Shown piece after piece: positions 63,495 to 64,000 of a DNA stretch of 64,000 nt. The notes beneath the pieces were generated by a model, which ran no database searches, was not told the DNA's origin, and saw nothing but the letters and a program-made list of their open reading frames with translations. Location of the stretch: positions 1 to 64,000 of the IMG/VR virus record IMGVR_UViG_2571042902_000002; one strand, written 5' to 3'. The position numbers were made by a program, and so were the translations under genes. This DNA comes from an uncultured virus (IMG/VR IMGVR_UViG_2571042902_000002) (lineage: Duplodnaviria; Heunggongvirae; Uroviricota; Caudoviricetes). How positions within the stretch are numbered: the first letter of the stretch is position 1; every line of letters starts with the position of its first letter.

Positions 63495-64000
63495 TCCCGT
63501 GACGCTAGCCCGGAAGGAGGAGTGCGAAGAGGATGGGATGTACTTCGCCCGCTACTTCTTCAAGCAGCGCATGGGCAGCAAGATGGTTGTTGCGCCGCAC
63601 CACCGTGTCATTCAGGACACGCTGGATCGGGTGGTGAGCGGCGAGATAACGCGACTGATCATCAACGTGCCTCCTGGATACACAAAGACCGAGTTGGCGA
63701 CGATCAACATGATCGGGCGTGGCCTGGCGCTGAACAACCGCGCCAGGTTCATGCACCTTTCCTACTCGCACAATCTGGCCCTGCTGAACTCCAGCACGGC
63801 GCGAGGCATGGTGAAGTCTTCGGCGTATCAGGCCATGTGGCCCATGTCGCTGCGAGATGACGCCGACAGCAAGGCCATGTGGTGGACTGAGCATGGCGGC
63901 GGGGTTTATGCATCGTCCGCCGCCGGCCAGGTTACAGGGTTTCGCGCGGGCCATATGGAGCCTGGATGGCAGGGCGCGCTGATCATCGACGATCCGGTAA
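63484..64000 (+). CDS. terL: Terminase large subunit (5' part, truncated by the window end)
   Basis: Open frame from ATG 63484: RLIINVPPGYTKT, HLSYS, GQVTGFRAG, ALIIDDP. Confidence 0.88.
   Translation, partial: MIADPVTLARKEECEEDGMYFARYFFKQRMGSKMVVAPHHRVIQDTLDRVVSGEITRLIINVPPGYTKTELATINMIGRGLALNNRARFMHLSYSHNLALLNSSTARGMVKSSAYQAMWPMSLRDDADSKAMWWTEHGGGVYASSAAGQVTGFRAGHMEPGWQGALIIDDPV

Larger units (their letters stand above)
39577..64000. mobile_element. Prophage 2 (lambdoid), integrated at dusA; continues beyond the window
   Basis: dusA 5' fragment divergent from a second integrase, then xis, recombination, immunity, replication, holin and terminase genes. Confidence 0.9.

Overview
The window is GC-rich Pseudomonas (probably P. 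aeruginosa)-type DNA made of two tandem temperate prophages, both carrying dusA-type tyrosine integrases. Prophage 1 (<1 to ~39,600) looks nearly complete. It has int/xis, a cI-cro switch with five 18-bp operators, CII, a primase-VapE replicase with an iteron origin, a lambda-like head and non-contractile tail, and GH19 lysin plus spanins. Its regulatory and lysis genes resemble those of the R/F-pyocin locus (prtN, ptrB, PA0613, holin, lys). It carries AT-rich morons (membrane proteins, a ricin-B lectin) and ends with two convergent candidate defence genes: a 538-aa coiled-coil/RelE-like protein and a Schlafen AlbA_2 protein. A displaced dusA 5' fragment (RRFSVAPMMDWT) at 39,553-39,657 marks the att junction. 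Prophage 2 (~39,600 to >64,000) has int/xis, a HipA-like kinase-DUF3037 cassette, a C5 methyltransferase, an SbcC-like ATPase/RecT/YqaJ module, a CsrA fusion, an orphan ParA, a lipoprotein, cI/cro, O/P-like replication genes, RusA, a late regulator, holins and terminase (truncated by the window end). The most unusual non-coding signals are a set of hairpins displaying a CCACCAC loop in both early transcripts of prophage 1, and a candidate anti-SD sRNA in prophage 2. All family calls come from motif recognition by eye; no database searches were run.
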